Assembly: GCA_044376115.1 (NCBI GenBank)
Contig: JBILLK010000042.1
Span: forward strand, 1-58,619
DNA: 58,619 bases
Reading direction: 5' to 3'
Source of the DNA: Polyangiaceae bacterium
Lineage (GTDB): Bacteria > Myxococcota_A > Polyangia > Polyangiales > Polyangiaceae
Positions 27,656 to 37,114 of this stretch are shown piece by piece. The number at the start of each line of letters is the position of its first letter. Position 1 is the stretch's first letter. A program made the position numbers and the translations under genes. The notes beneath the pieces were generated by a model. That model ran no database searches. It was not told where the DNA came from and saw only the letters and a list, made by a program, of their open reading frames with translations.

Positions 27656-30205
27656 TCAGGTCGGCTTTCTTCCTTCGATTGGAGAAAGTTGCTCCACAAG
27701 TGGTTCGGAGGATGATTGAGCTGATTTTCGTTGCTCCAGCCAGTGCATCAGCCCTGGTAGCACCAGCATGGCGGGCAGCAGCGAACAGACCTCCCCGAGC
27801 ACGGCCGCGGTGCCCAGGCTCTTGACCGCCAGGTTCTTGCTGCCGAGCAGCGCGAGGTAGCCGAGGGTGGTGGTTAGGCTGGCCAGCACCACTGCCCCGC
27901 CCGTCTCACGCACTGCAACCAGCGCTCCGAAGCGCTGCTCGCGCGTAGCGCGCCACACAACATTCACCGCATAGTCGACGCCGATGCCGAAGGTGATCGG
28001 CAGCGCAACGAAGTTGAGGAAGTTGAGCTTGATGTCGAGCACGACCACGGCGAGCGCCATCCAACCCAGCCCGAGCAAAAGCGTTGCGAGCACGTAGACC
28101 GCAGCCATGCGGAAGCGGAAGGTCAACAGCACCACGCAGGCGACGGCCAGAAAGCTCGCGAGCAGGGCGACCGGCACCGAGCTCATCACCGCGCTCCACA
28201 TGTCGGCGTAAATCACGGCGCGCCCCGAGCCGATGATGCGGCTGCCGTCGGGCAGCGGCGTGGAGCGGTAAGCCTCGGCCCAGCGCAGCAAGTAACGCGC
28301 ATCGTCGGTGGACTCGGTGGTGGTGGGCACGATGTACACGATGCGACCGCGCGTCCCGTCGTTCTCGGTGAAGGGCGTAGCGACACCTTCCGGGAGCTCG
28401 GCAAAGCCGATCGGCGTGAGGTTCTCCGGCGGGAGGTACTTCTCGATCGTGCTCCAGTCAGCATCGTTGATCGACTTGCGGCTGCGCGCTTTGACGATCT
28501 TCTTGCGGATCTCGAGCAGCACCGGGATCTTCTCGGCCTGGTCTTTCGGGATGAAGTCGGACAGCGCGACGATGCCGTCGAAGGGCTTTTTCCCCTCGGC
28601 TGCTTGATCGCGCCGCTCGTAGAGCGCCTTGCGCAGGGGCGCAATTTGCTCTGGCTGATCGACGACGATGGCCATGCCCGAGGCTCCAATGTGCCCGGTG
28701 ATGCCCTCCGCGAGCTTGCTGACCCGAATCTGCTCTTCGCGCGACTTCGGATCGATGCGCACGTTGTTCATGTCGTACTCGAACGGCTCGCGGTTGCTGA
28801 ACGCGATGCTGGCGAAGCCGGCCAGCCCGATGCCGGTCCCGAGCAGGAACACGATGAAGGGCGCTCGCTCTACCAAGAAGGCGAAGGGACGTCCGAAGGA
28901 TTGCTCCGACATGCCGCGCAAGCGCGCGAGAAAGCCGGTGCCCGACTTGGCGAAGGGGGTCACGCGCTCGAGCAATGAGAGCGCCGAGGGCAACGTCAGG
29001 AGCGTGGTGGCCCAACAGAGAAGCAGGCCGATACCGCCGATTAGCCCAAGCTCGCGATAGCCGCGGAAGTCGGTGAATTGCAGCGAAAAGAACGACGCGG
29101 CTGCGGCTACGGCGGCGCACAGCGTGGCGGTGAAGGTCTCGCGGTGCGCGGTGGCCAGCGCCGCGACGACTTCGCCCTCCCTGCGGCGAGTCTCGAGGTA
29201 GCGCGCCATGAAGATGATGGCCGTGTTGATGCCGTTCCCGGCGATGATCGTAAAGACGAAGGCGGTGCCGGTGTTGAGCGTGGTGACGGTCAGGTAGGCG
29301 AAGCCAGCCGTCCACAAAAGGCCGATCGCCACCGAGCCGAGCGTGAGCAGCAGCATGCGAAAGCGCAGGTAATAAAGCAGAACGATGCCAGCGATGAAGA
29401 CCGCGCCCAAGATGCCGACCTCCTTCACGTCGTCGTGGATGGCCTTGACTTCGTTGATGCCGGTGTAGAGATCGCCGGCGTAGCCGATCTTGGCGCCCGG
29501 GAGAGACTGCGAGAGGCCCGCTTGCTCGACCACCGCTTTGACCTTCTCGATCGCGACGGCGCCGCGATCCACATCCCCGCCGAGGATCTTGGAGCGCACC
29601 ACGACCACGTTGATGAGGCCGTCTTGCGACTCGAAGTAGCCGCCTGGGTAGCGATCGATGAGCTCCGCATTGGAGCCAAAACGCTGCGCGAGCCCCTCGC
29701 GATCGAGCGGCGGCTTGGGCGGCGGTTCACTCTCGTCGAGCAGCGTGCCGAGCTCCTTCTGAACTTGGTACTGGTAGTACTCCTCGATCTCGCGTGAGAG
29801 CTGCTCGAGCACGCTCTTCTCTGCGTACAAGCCGCCGTGTTTCTCGAAGAACTGAATCGAGCTGTGCACCCCGTTGTCCGCGCTGCCCACCCACGGATCG
29901 CCGACCAAGCGCAGATCGGCCGTCAGCTTGGTGGAGGCCTCCCGCAGCTTGGTCCGATCGGTGCCGGCGGGAGCCTCGATCACCACGAACAGGGTGGAGA
30001 CGCCTGCGGTGCGTTTGGCTACGCGGTTGAGCTCGAGCACGCTCTCGCGCCCATCGGGCAGCATGTGCTCGAAGCCAGTGGTAACGGTGAGTCGGCTGCC
30101 CAGGCTAGCGAGCACCGTGGTGACGATCGCGACGACCATCAGCACAAGCCACGGAGACCGCGCCTGGAAGCGCGCTACTCGCAGCCAAAAGTCGGGGGGA
30201 GACAT
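27656..30205 (-). CDS. MMPL/RND-family lipid transporter
   Basis: Two halves of 1+5 TM helices; GNGINTAI, ITFGIGVDYAV, ETGGAVVLASLTTTLGY. Confidence 0.9.
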   Translation of the reverse strand: MSPPDFWLRVARFQARSPWLVLMVVAIVTTVLASLGSRLTVTTGFEHMLPDGRESVLELNRVAKRTAGVSTLFVVIEAPAGTDRTKLREASTKLTADLRLVGDPWVGSADNGVHSSIQFFEKHGGLYAEKSVLEQLSREIEEYYQYQVQKELGTLLDESEPPPKPPLDREGLAQRFGSNAELIDRYPGGYFESQDGLINVVVVRSKILGGDVDRGAVAIEKVKAVVEQAGLSQSLPGAKIGYAGDLYTGINEVKAIHDDVKEVGILGAVFIAGIVLLYYLRFRMLLLTLGSVAIGLLWTAGFAYLTVTTLNTGTAFVFTIIAGNGINTAIIFMARYLETRRREGEVVAALATAHRETFTATLCAAVAAAASFFSLQFTDFRGYRELGLIGGIGLLLCWATTLLTLPSALSLLERVTPFAKSGTGFLARLRGMSEQSFGRPFAFLVERAPFIVFLLGTGIGLAGFASIAFSNREPFEYDMNNVRIDPKSREEQIRVSKLAEGITGHIGASGMAIVVDQPEQIAPLRKALYERRDQAAEGKKPFDGIVALSDFIPKDQAEKIPVLLEIRKKIVKARSRKSINDADWSTIEKYLPPENLTPIGFAELPEGVATPFTENDGTRGRIVYIVPTTTESTDDARYLLRWAEAYRSTPLPDGSRIIGSGRAVIYADMWSAVMSSVPVALLASFLAVACVVLLTFRFRMAAVYVLATLLLGLGWMALAVVVLDIKLNFLNFVALPITFGIGVDYAVNVVWRATREQRFGALVAVRETGGAVVLASLTTTLGYLALLGSKNLAVKSLGTAAVLGEVCSLLPAMLVLPGLMHWLEQRKSAQSSSEPLVEQLSPIEGRKPT

Positions 30206-30271
30206 GTCGACGCCACGCTTACACGGTTCCCGAGCGGGCGGCCCAACAAACCCGGGCCAGTTTCGTGCCGA

Positions 30272-31351
30272 TTAGCTCTGTTCAGGCCGCGGCGGCTGGT
30301 TCTTGGCCGGGCCTGCCAGCGTACTGAGCAGAAAGCCGAGCAAAATGAAGCAGGCCTCTTTCGCCCGCCGCACCAAGACAAAAGGCAGGGCCAGCGAGTC
30401 TGCGCCGGCGATCCCGAGCGAGCTGAGGATGCCCACGTAGCCGGCGTCCTGCACGCCGACCTGGCCCGGGATGGCGAAGGCAAGAGCGCGGATCATCACC
30501 ACGCCCATCTCCACCACGAGCGCCTCGGTGAAGGTGATGGGGATGCCCAAAAGGCGCAAGATGATGAAGGTTTCGAACACTAGCGCGCCCCACTGCAAGC
30601 CAAAGAACAAGGCAGCTCCGAGCTGAGCTGAGCCCGGCAAATCAAGGGTTTGCTCGCTGCGTTGCTCGGCTACGCGGCGTGCTGCCCAAGCCGCGACGGC
30701 GGGCCAAGGGATCTTCGCTGAGAGCGCGGTGGTTAGGCGCGCAGCCCGTGGCGAGCCCAGCAGCAGCAAGGTGCCCACGCCGGAGCCCACCAAGGTCGCT
30801 GTCACCGCCAAGGCTGCGGCGTGCGGCAGCCAAGGTTGCGAAAAGCCAGCTCCAAGAGCCGCAAGCTGCGACCAGCCAAGCACGAGCAAGAGCAACATCC
30901 AGGCAGCGTGCGCTGTGAGATGCCAAGCCTTCTTCACCGCCAGCGTGCCGAGCGCCTCGCTCCAGCGCAGCCCCAAAGACCCGGTCAGCCCGAAGCCGGT
31001 GACCGACTCACTGACGACGATCCCGGCCGGTAAGGCCAGCCGCGCAGCCTCCGACGAGAGCACGATTACGTGCGCGCGCCACCATGCCGGTCGGTAGCCT
31101 TGCCCGCGCAGGAGCGCGAGAAATCCGCCGGTGTGAAGCAGTGAACCGACGGCGTGCGGTAGTAGCACCAGGGCCAAGAGCCAGCCCTTTTGCTCGAGCA
31201 ATTGCAAGAACGCCGCGCGATCGAAATCGCGCAGCGTATAGCCAAAGATCGCGAGTCCAACCAGCGCGAAGCCGACTCGAACGCTCGTGCGTTCGCTCAG
31301 ACGGGGCTTGTGCCTGGCGCCCGCGTGCGTCGGCTGCGCTGGGCCCTTCAT
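30272..31351 (-). CDS. Lysylphosphatidylglycerol-synthase TM (flippase-like, HpnL-type) protein
   Basis: Multi-TM; FAIPGQVGVQDAGY, LVRRAKE; ATG 31351 overlaps the upstream stop. Confidence 0.8.
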   Translation of the reverse strand: MKGPAQPTHAGARHKPRLSERTSVRVGFALVGLAIFGYTLRDFDRAAFLQLLEQKGWLLALVLLPHAVGSLLHTGGFLALLRGQGYRPAWWRAHVIVLSSEAARLALPAGIVVSESVTGFGLTGSLGLRWSEALGTLAVKKAWHLTAHAAWMLLLLVLGWSQLAALGAGFSQPWLPHAAALAVTATLVGSGVGTLLLLGSPRAARLTTALSAKIPWPAVAAWAARRVAEQRSEQTLDLPGSAQLGAALFFGLQWGALVFETFIILRLLGIPITFTEALVVEMGVVMIRALAFAIPGQVGVQDAGYVGILSSLGIAGADSLALPFVLVRRAKEACFILLGFLLSTLAGPAKNQPPRPEQS

Positions 31352-32304
31352 GGGCCGCGCAAGCGCACGACCGAACCCATGCCGTTGATTTCGGCGATGT
31401 ACGATTCGCCCTTCTTGAAGCGGGAGATCGCGCTCGAGTCCTCGCTCGCGTCGATCTCGTAGGTGTAGCTCTTGCCGTTGCCCTTGAGGGAGAGCTGGGC
31501 GACGTTCTTGAGGTCGCCCCACCGTTCATCGCCGTCGAGCTTTTTGCCTTTGCCCTTGGGATCCTCGGGCTCGCTGCCGTCGGTGGTTTCATTCTTGGCG
31601 GTGCGAACGGTGCGGGTCTCTTTGACCCTGAAGGTGACCCAGGTGTCGTTCACATCCTTCTTCACCATGTTCGGCTCTTCCTTGTAGACGTCCTCGAACA
31701 TGCCGTTGCCGAGGTCTTTCTTCCCGGTCTTGACCTTCTTGGTGCCGTCTTGCACCGTCTTTTCCCGCTTGCGAGTTTCGCTGCGGATCTCGCTCGCGCC
31801 GGCTGGAACGCTGTCCTTCCAATCGGAGCGCTCCACCATCTCATCTTTGAGCACGTCGCGGCTTTTGACCCAGGCGATCTCGGCGACCTTCACCTCGACC
31901 GGCTTGGTACGAATGAAGGCGAAGTAGATCAGCAGGCCGAGTACGGCGATCACCCCGCCGACGATGGCGAGGATCTTCTTGCCGGACATCCCCGGCTTGG
32001 GGGGCGGACCTGCCGGGATGAAGTTCTCTTTGCGCTGCGTGCTTCCGTCTGGGCCCGCGCCGCAGTTGTCGCAGTGGATGTGCCCGGCGCGGTTGTCGGT
32101 CCCGCAGTACTTGCACTTCCAGTCCGCGCCGGCGCGCGCCCGCGCGATCATCTCCGGATCTTCGATCACGGGCGCTGAATCGTCGGTGTAGAAGGGGATG
32201 TTTGGCCCGCGGGGTCGACCGCATTGCGCGCATTGCGCGTGGGGACCGAGATTGCCCTTCTTGTTGCACGACGGGCAGTCCCAATAGCCCATTCGGAATG
32301 TCAT
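31348..32304 (-). CDS. Membrane protein with two N-terminal Zn-ribbon motifs
   Basis: WDCPSC...CAQCG and WKCKYC...CDNCG, single TM, K/D-rich external domain. Confidence 0.8.
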   Translation of the reverse strand: MTFRMGYWDCPSCNKKGNLGPHAQCAQCGRPRGPNIPFYTDDSAPVIEDPEMIARARAGADWKCKYCGTDNRAGHIHCDNCGAGPDGSTQRKENFIPAGPPPKPGMSGKKILAIVGGVIAVLGLLIYFAFIRTKPVEVKVAEIAWVKSRDVLKDEMVERSDWKDSVPAGASEIRSETRKREKTVQDGTKKVKTGKKDLGNGMFEDVYKEEPNMVKKDVNDTWVTFRVKETRTVRTAKNETTDGSEPEDPKGKGKKLDGDERWGDLKNVAQLSLKGNGKSYTYEIDASEDSSAISRFKKGESYIAEINGMGSVVRLRGP

Positions 32305-32443
32305 AGGCCGCGCAGTGTAACGCGATGTCGTCCCTTTTTCTGCGCTGCTGCATAGGCCCCTGACAGAGGGCGAGCCCCACGATTTGGTTGGCCTAAAGCA
32401 AAACTTCCGATAGACGCTCCTACCTCACGTAAAGGAGCTTTCC

Positions 32444-32869
32444 ATGACCATGCTTCGCAAAGACTTCGTTCTCGGTACTCTCGCAGCCGCTGGCGCCGCC
32501 TTGATCGGTTGCGGTGATGATTCTTCCAGCAGCTCCGGCGGCAGCGGTGGAGAGTCTTCAGGCGGAGCTCCGAGCACGGGCGGCAATTCGTCGGGTGGCT
32601 CCCCGGCCAGCGGCGGTGGCGGCGGAGCAGGGCTCGCCTGCACCTCGGACATCTCGCTCAATCACGGCCACGAGCTCGCCGTCTCGCAAGCCGACGTCGA
32701 TGCGGGCGTCGACAAGACCTACGACATCATGGGCGCCTCGGCGCACACGCACTCGGTGGTCGTCACGGCGGCGGATTTCGCGACCATCGCAGCCAACGGC
32801 AGCGTGACCATCGCTTCCTCGATGACCGAGGCTCATACGCACGACGTGACGGTGACCTGCACCGGCTGA
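32444..32869 (+). CDS. His-motif lipoprotein, putative metal binding
   Basis: AAGGAG RBS; LRKDF + LIGC; NHGH, HTHSV, HTHDV motifs. Confidence 0.8.
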   Translation: MTMLRKDFVLGTLAAAGAALIGCGDDSSSSSGGSGGESSGGAPSTGGNSSGGSPASGGGGGAGLACTSDISLNHGHELAVSQADVDAGVDKTYDIMGASAHTHSVVVTAADFATIAANGSVTIASSMTEAHTHDVTVTCTG

Positions 32870-32890
32870 GCCCAACCGCCTACGGCCGAT

Positions 32891-32929
32891 GAAGGACGCG
32901 TCGAAAAGCGCGTCCTTCTCGCTTTTGTT
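32891..32929 (+). terminator. Intrinsic terminator
   Basis: GAAGGACGCG-N8-CGCGTCCTTC followed by TCGCTTTTGTT, between convergent genes. Confidence 0.75.
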
Positions 32930-32942
32930 CGAGGTGGCTCGG

Positions 32943-33317
32943 CTAGCTACGGCTTGCGCCGCGCCCTTTGGGGCGTGGCTCTGGCGCGGGACAGCAGAGC
33001 GGAGCGATGGCTTTGAACATCGCTACCAAGCTCTCGAGCTGAGCGAGCGCGCCGGCGCCGTCGAGCTCGTAGAAGGTATGCCGTCCCTCGCGGGTGGAGC
33101 GCACCAGGCCCGCGGCCTCGAGCACGCGCAAGTGGCGTGTGGTCACCGAGCGATCATGCGGGGCGTGGCTGGCAACGGTTCCGACGTCACTGCGGCCTTG
33201 CAAGATGAGCGTACGCAGGATGGCGACGCGAGCGGGTTCGGCCAGCGCTCGAAAGAAGGCGCCATCGATCGCCTCGAGGCATGCGGCTGCAGCTACTTCT
33301 CGGTTGCTCACGCTCAC
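32943..33317 (-). CDS. ArsR/SmtB-family transcriptional regulator
   Basis: FFRALAEPARVAIL...RHLRVLEAAGLVRSTREGRHTFYEL; C-terminal CC. Confidence 0.9.
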   Translation of the reverse strand: MSVSNREVAAAACLEAIDGAFFRALAEPARVAILRTLILQGRSDVGTVASHAPHDRSVTTRHLRVLEAAGLVRSTREGRHTFYELDGAGALAQLESLVAMFKAIAPLCCPAPEPRPKGRGASRS

Positions 33318-33341
33318 ACCCTATCGGCGTGCTCGCCGCCG

Positions 33342-34244
33342 TCAACGTACGAGCCAACGAAAGCGCGCCAAGCTGCAGGTCGTGGCCAGTCGCTCGCCGC
33401 AAAACGGGTAGAGCGTCTGCCCCAGATAGCCCTCCGGCAAGCGAAGCTCATTGCTCGCAACGCCGACGTGCGCCGGCGCCGGCGCCCGGTGCAGCGTGCC
33501 AAACAGCCGATCCCAAACGAGCAACGTCGAAGCAAAATTGTGGTTCGCCTCACGCACGTCAACATCGTGGTGGGTACGGTGATAGCTCGGGGCGTTGACG
33601 AGCCACTGACGACCCGTTTCGAGCTCGACGTTGGCGTGTTGCAAGACTCCCACGGTGGCTCGCACCGTGGCCAATAGCGCTGCCCACAGCGGCGCTACGC
33701 CCAAGAGCACCAGCGGCAAGGTATCGATCGCAGCGTTGTAAGCGAGGTTGACCGGGTGCAGACGCAGCGCATTGAGCGCCGTCAGCCTCGCCGGCTGGTG
33801 ATGGGCTAGGTGGAAGCGCCACAACCACGGCCAACCGTGCGAGGCACGATGGATCAGGTACTTGCCGAGATCGGCGAGCAGAAACGCTAGCAGCGCGAGT
33901 CCGAGGTTTTCGGCAGCAGGGCGCGCCGGTTGCGTAAACGACGACCACGCCAGCAGCGTGATCACGCCTGCCTCAATCGCGATACGCGTGAGCCGGTCCG
34001 GCAGCGAAGCCAGCGCGATGTAAGCCAGGTCGGTGCGCGTCTCGCTGGCCGGCTGCTCGAGCCACTGCGCGTTGAACGGTCGAGCTCGCTCAAGCAACGT
34101 CGTCGCCGCAATAAGGCCGAGGACCGCCACGGTCATGGCGAGCGCCGGCGCCAAGCCGAGCGCTGATAGCGCAGCCACGAGCAGCGCGGGAGCTACCAGG
34201 AGCAGAGGGAATACCAGCGGCGATAGCCGTGTGTTCTTTGTCAT
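33342..34244 (-). CDS. Sterol desaturase/fatty-acid hydroxylase family protein
   Basis: HRASH, HLAHH, QHAN, HRTHH, NFASTLLVWDRLFGT. Confidence 0.88.
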   Translation of the reverse strand: MTKNTRLSPLVFPLLLVAPALLVAALSALGLAPALAMTVAVLGLIAATTLLERARPFNAQWLEQPASETRTDLAYIALASLPDRLTRIAIEAGVITLLAWSSFTQPARPAAENLGLALLAFLLADLGKYLIHRASHGWPWLWRFHLAHHQPARLTALNALRLHPVNLAYNAAIDTLPLVLLGVAPLWAALLATVRATVGVLQHANVELETGRQWLVNAPSYHRTHHDVDVREANHNFASTLLVWDRLFGTLHRAPAPAHVGVASNELRLPEGYLGQTLYPFCGERLATTCSLARFRWLVR

Positions 34245-34260
34245 GTGCATATATGTGCAC
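34245..34260. promoter_or_regulatory. Near-perfect palindrome GTGCATATATGTGCAC, candidate ArsR operator
   Basis: Abuts the desaturase start codon; minus-strand TTGACT at 34275-34280. Confidence 0.5.
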
Positions 34261-34306
34261 CAATGCACGGATAGAGTCAAGCAACGACAGGTGTAGTCTG
34301 CGTGCC

Positions 34307-36514
34307 ATGCGTACGGGCCTCATCAGCGCGCTGCTTGTCATCGCTGCTTGCACCTCCAGCGAGCCGACGCAGCGCGGCGCTTCGTCGACGGCTTCGGCCT
34401 CGGCGAGCACGGCTGGCCCTTCCGCGAGCGCCGCGCCCGCGCCCGCGCCGAGCGCGCCGCGCACCTACGGCGTGCGTGAGGGCCAGGCGTTGATGCGTTC
34501 GCCGAGCGAGGCGGCGCTCTACCTCGCGGATGAGGACGGCTCTGCGTTGCGTCGGATTCCGCTGACCAAGGCGCTGAGCGAACCACCGCCGCTGAGCTTA
34601 CCGCTCGACGATCACCAAGCTCCGCCGCTCGCTGAGGTCGCCGCTGGGGAGACCGTGGTCGCGCTGCCCGGACGGCCCGCGCAGGTGTTTCCGTTGGCGG
34701 AGCGGGTGCTCTTGACGGTGCGCCAGCCGAGCGCGCTGCTGATCTATTCGGCCGGGGAAAAGCCTGCGTTGCAAGCCACGGTAGAGCTACCGGAGGACGC
34801 TTGGGGCTTGGCCGTGAGCCACGACGGCAAGAGCGCCTTCGTCAGCAGCGCCTGGTCGCATCAGGTTAGCCGCATCGATCTCGAGAGCGCCAAGCTGGTG
34901 TGGTCGGTGGAGGTTGCACGCGAGCCGCGTGGGCTGACCGTGACCGAGGACGGCACAGCGCTTTACGTCTCGCACTTGATCGGCTCGGAGCTGACCAAGA
35001 TCGAGTTGCCCGCAGGGACGCAAACTCCGACGGTCAAACGCGTGCCGCTGCCAGCCGATCCGTTGCGCACTTTTGCGGGCGACAAGACCATCCGCGCCTC
35101 GCTCGGGTACGCGCTGCTGCTCGCGCCCGACGGCCAGCGCTTGTTCGCTGCGCGCCAGGCGCTCGGGACCTTCTGGGGCTGGCAAGGCAACCCAACGGTG
35201 GACGGGCTGATCGTGGCGAGCGATGAACCGCTCGCGCCCGCGCGTGATCGCAAATCGTTTGGGCAGCTCACCAAGGCGGATCTGGAGACAGCGGGCGCTT
35301 GGGATTCGGTGGGTGCCTTCGCCGATAGTAGCAGCCCCAGCAGCTGGGTTCAGCCGCGCGCGATGGTGTACCGACGCAAGACGCAGCAGCTGCTCGTGGC
35401 CTCCGAAGGAACCTCCAACCTGGTTGAGCTCGACGCGATGTCAGTGTCCCCGGGCGTGCTCGAGAACCGCATCTATCGTTTGGGCGGTCTGTTGCCGAAG
35501 GAGCCCAACGCGATGAAGCTGCCGCCTCATTGCGGCGCACCCAGCGCCGTCGCGCTCTCGGCCGAGGAGGACGTCGCGTGGGTCTACTGCCGAACCACAG
35601 ATGAGATCGCTGCGGTGCGACTCACGCCGACGGGGGAACGCGGCTATCGCAGCGAGACGACCTTCCTCGACCGCACCGAATGGAAGGACAAGATTTCGCC
35701 GTGGGGACCTTTTGTCTATGCCAAGCTCGAGAGCAAGCCGCTCGACGCGGAGTTCGCGCTCGGTCGTCGCTTGTACTTTGACGCTACCGAGCCGACTGTC
35801 AGCGGAGATATGGCCTGCGCCGGTTGCCATCCTGATGGTCGCGAGGACGGGCACGTTTGGCGCGAGGCGAAGAAGAAGCGCCTGAGCGATCGGTTTGCGC
35901 ATTTCTTCGCCGGTCCCACGCTCTCGGCGCCGCTCACGCCCAACACCGAGCCAGAGCCGCTCGGCTTTCCGCGGCAGACGGTGATGTTGGCCGGGCGGGT
36001 GAGCTCGCCGGGGCCCTACGGTTGGCACGCCGAAAGTGCCACCTTGGTCGATCGCATCAAGGCGGGCTTTCAGCTTCATCGCGTGGGCGATCTCATCACC
36101 GACGGCGGCATGTTGCGAATGCGCGCCGAGCCGCTGGCCAAGTTCCTTCGCGAGGGCCTGGTTGCGCCGCCCAAACTCACGCGCGCGCTCACCGAAGAGG
36201 AGACGCGCGGAAAGGCGTTGTTCGAGTCGGAGAAGACGCAGTGCGCAGTCTGTCACGTGCCGGCGACCGAGTTCAGCAATCGCAGCTTTGCTGCGTTGGC
36301 GAGCAAGACTCAGCCGCTCTTCGACGATGAGGCGGACCCCTCGTTCAAGGTTCCACCGCTCACCTTCGTCGGCGGGACGCCGCCTTATTTCCACGACGCG
36401 AGCGCACCGACGCTCGAGTATTTGATCGAGAAGAACGGGGACCGCATGGGCAAGACGAGTCACCTCAAACCCGAACAGCGTCAGGCCTTGGTGGCCTACC
36501 TGAGGACCCTATGA
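34307..36514 (+). CDS. Lipoprotein: beta-propeller + di-heme cytochrome c (peroxidase-like) domain
   Basis: IAAC lipobox; YVTN-like repeats (AWGLAVSHDGKSAFVS, PRGLTVTEDGTALYVS); LGRRLYFD, CAGCH, GKALFES, CAVCH, PYFHD. Confidence 0.85.
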   Translation: MRTGLISALLVIAACTSSEPTQRGASSTASASASTAGPSASAAPAPAPSAPRTYGVREGQALMRSPSEAALYLADEDGSALRRIPLTKALSEPPPLSLPLDDHQAPPLAEVAAGETVVALPGRPAQVFPLAERVLLTVRQPSALLIYSAGEKPALQATVELPEDAWGLAVSHDGKSAFVSSAWSHQVSRIDLESAKLVWSVEVAREPRGLTVTEDGTALYVSHLIGSELTKIELPAGTQTPTVKRVPLPADPLRTFAGDKTIRASLGYALLLAPDGQRLFAARQALGTFWGWQGNPTVDGLIVASDEPLAPARDRKSFGQLTKADLETAGAWDSVGAFADSSSPSSWVQPRAMVYRRKTQQLLVASEGTSNLVELDAMSVSPGVLENRIYRLGGLLPKEPNAMKLPPHCGAPSAVALSAEEDVAWVYCRTTDEIAAVRLTPTGERGYRSETTFLDRTEWKDKISPWGPFVYAKLESKPLDAEFALGRRLYFDATEPTVSGDMACAGCHPDGREDGHVWREAKKKRLSDRFAHFFAGPTLSAPLTPNTEPEPLGFPRQTVMLAGRVSSPGPYGWHAESATLVDRIKAGFQLHRVGDLITDGGMLRMRAEPLAKFLREGLVAPPKLTRALTEEETRGKALFESEKTQCAVCHVPATEFSNRSFAALASKTQPLFDDEADPSFKVPPLTFVGGTPPYFHDASAPTLEYLIEKNGDRMGKTSHLKPEQRQALVAYLRTL

Positions 36515-37110
36515 ACACCCACTCGACGCTGTTGGTCCTCGCCGTTTGTGGCCTGGGCGCGTGTTCGCTGGCCGAGGCCGACGAGAAGCGCCCTTATCCG
36601 AGCGCGAGCGCTTCCGCGAGCGCGCTCTCGCCGAAGGACCTCGCGCCGCCGGCTGCGAGCGGTCGCGGCGCTTGGGAGCCCGATTGGTCGGCCGAGCCGC
36701 TGCCGAAGGAGCCGTCGAAGGCGCCGACCAAAGCCGAATGGGAGGGCGCTCCCTTGGCGAAAGAGGCGCGGGTCACCGACCCTGCGTGCACGGTGAAACG
36801 GCTGCGCGAGTGGTACCGCGTGGCCTGCACCGACGAGCGGTCCCATAAAGCCATTGGTCGCATCGGCGGCTCGATGGAGGACGTCAGCTTCAGTTGTCTC
36901 AGCACGAAGGCGCGCAGCGCTCCCGAGGAAACTCCGACCTGCAACGAAGCGGCGGTGGTCTTCCCAGCCCGTCGCGGGGACCGCCGCAGCTTCGAGGTGT
37001 TTGTCATGGGCCGCTGGAGCCTGGAAGCCGACGCGCTGATCAGCATGCAGTACCTCGAGGGAGACGCGCTGCCGTTGATCAGCGTTCAAGGCATTCGCTG
37101 GGGCTTCTGA
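36511..37110 (+). CDS. Hypothetical lipoprotein
   Basis: LGAC lipobox; ATGA overlap with the upstream gene. Confidence 0.75.
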   Translation: MNTHSTLLVLAVCGLGACSLAEADEKRPYPSASASASALSPKDLAPPAASGRGAWEPDWSAEPLPKEPSKAPTKAEWEGAPLAKEARVTDPACTVKRLREWYRVACTDERSHKAIGRIGGSMEDVSFSCLSTKARSAPEETPTCNEAAVVFPARRGDRRSFEVFVMGRWSLEADALISMQYLEGDALPLISVQGIRWGF

Positions 37111-37114
37111 GCGC

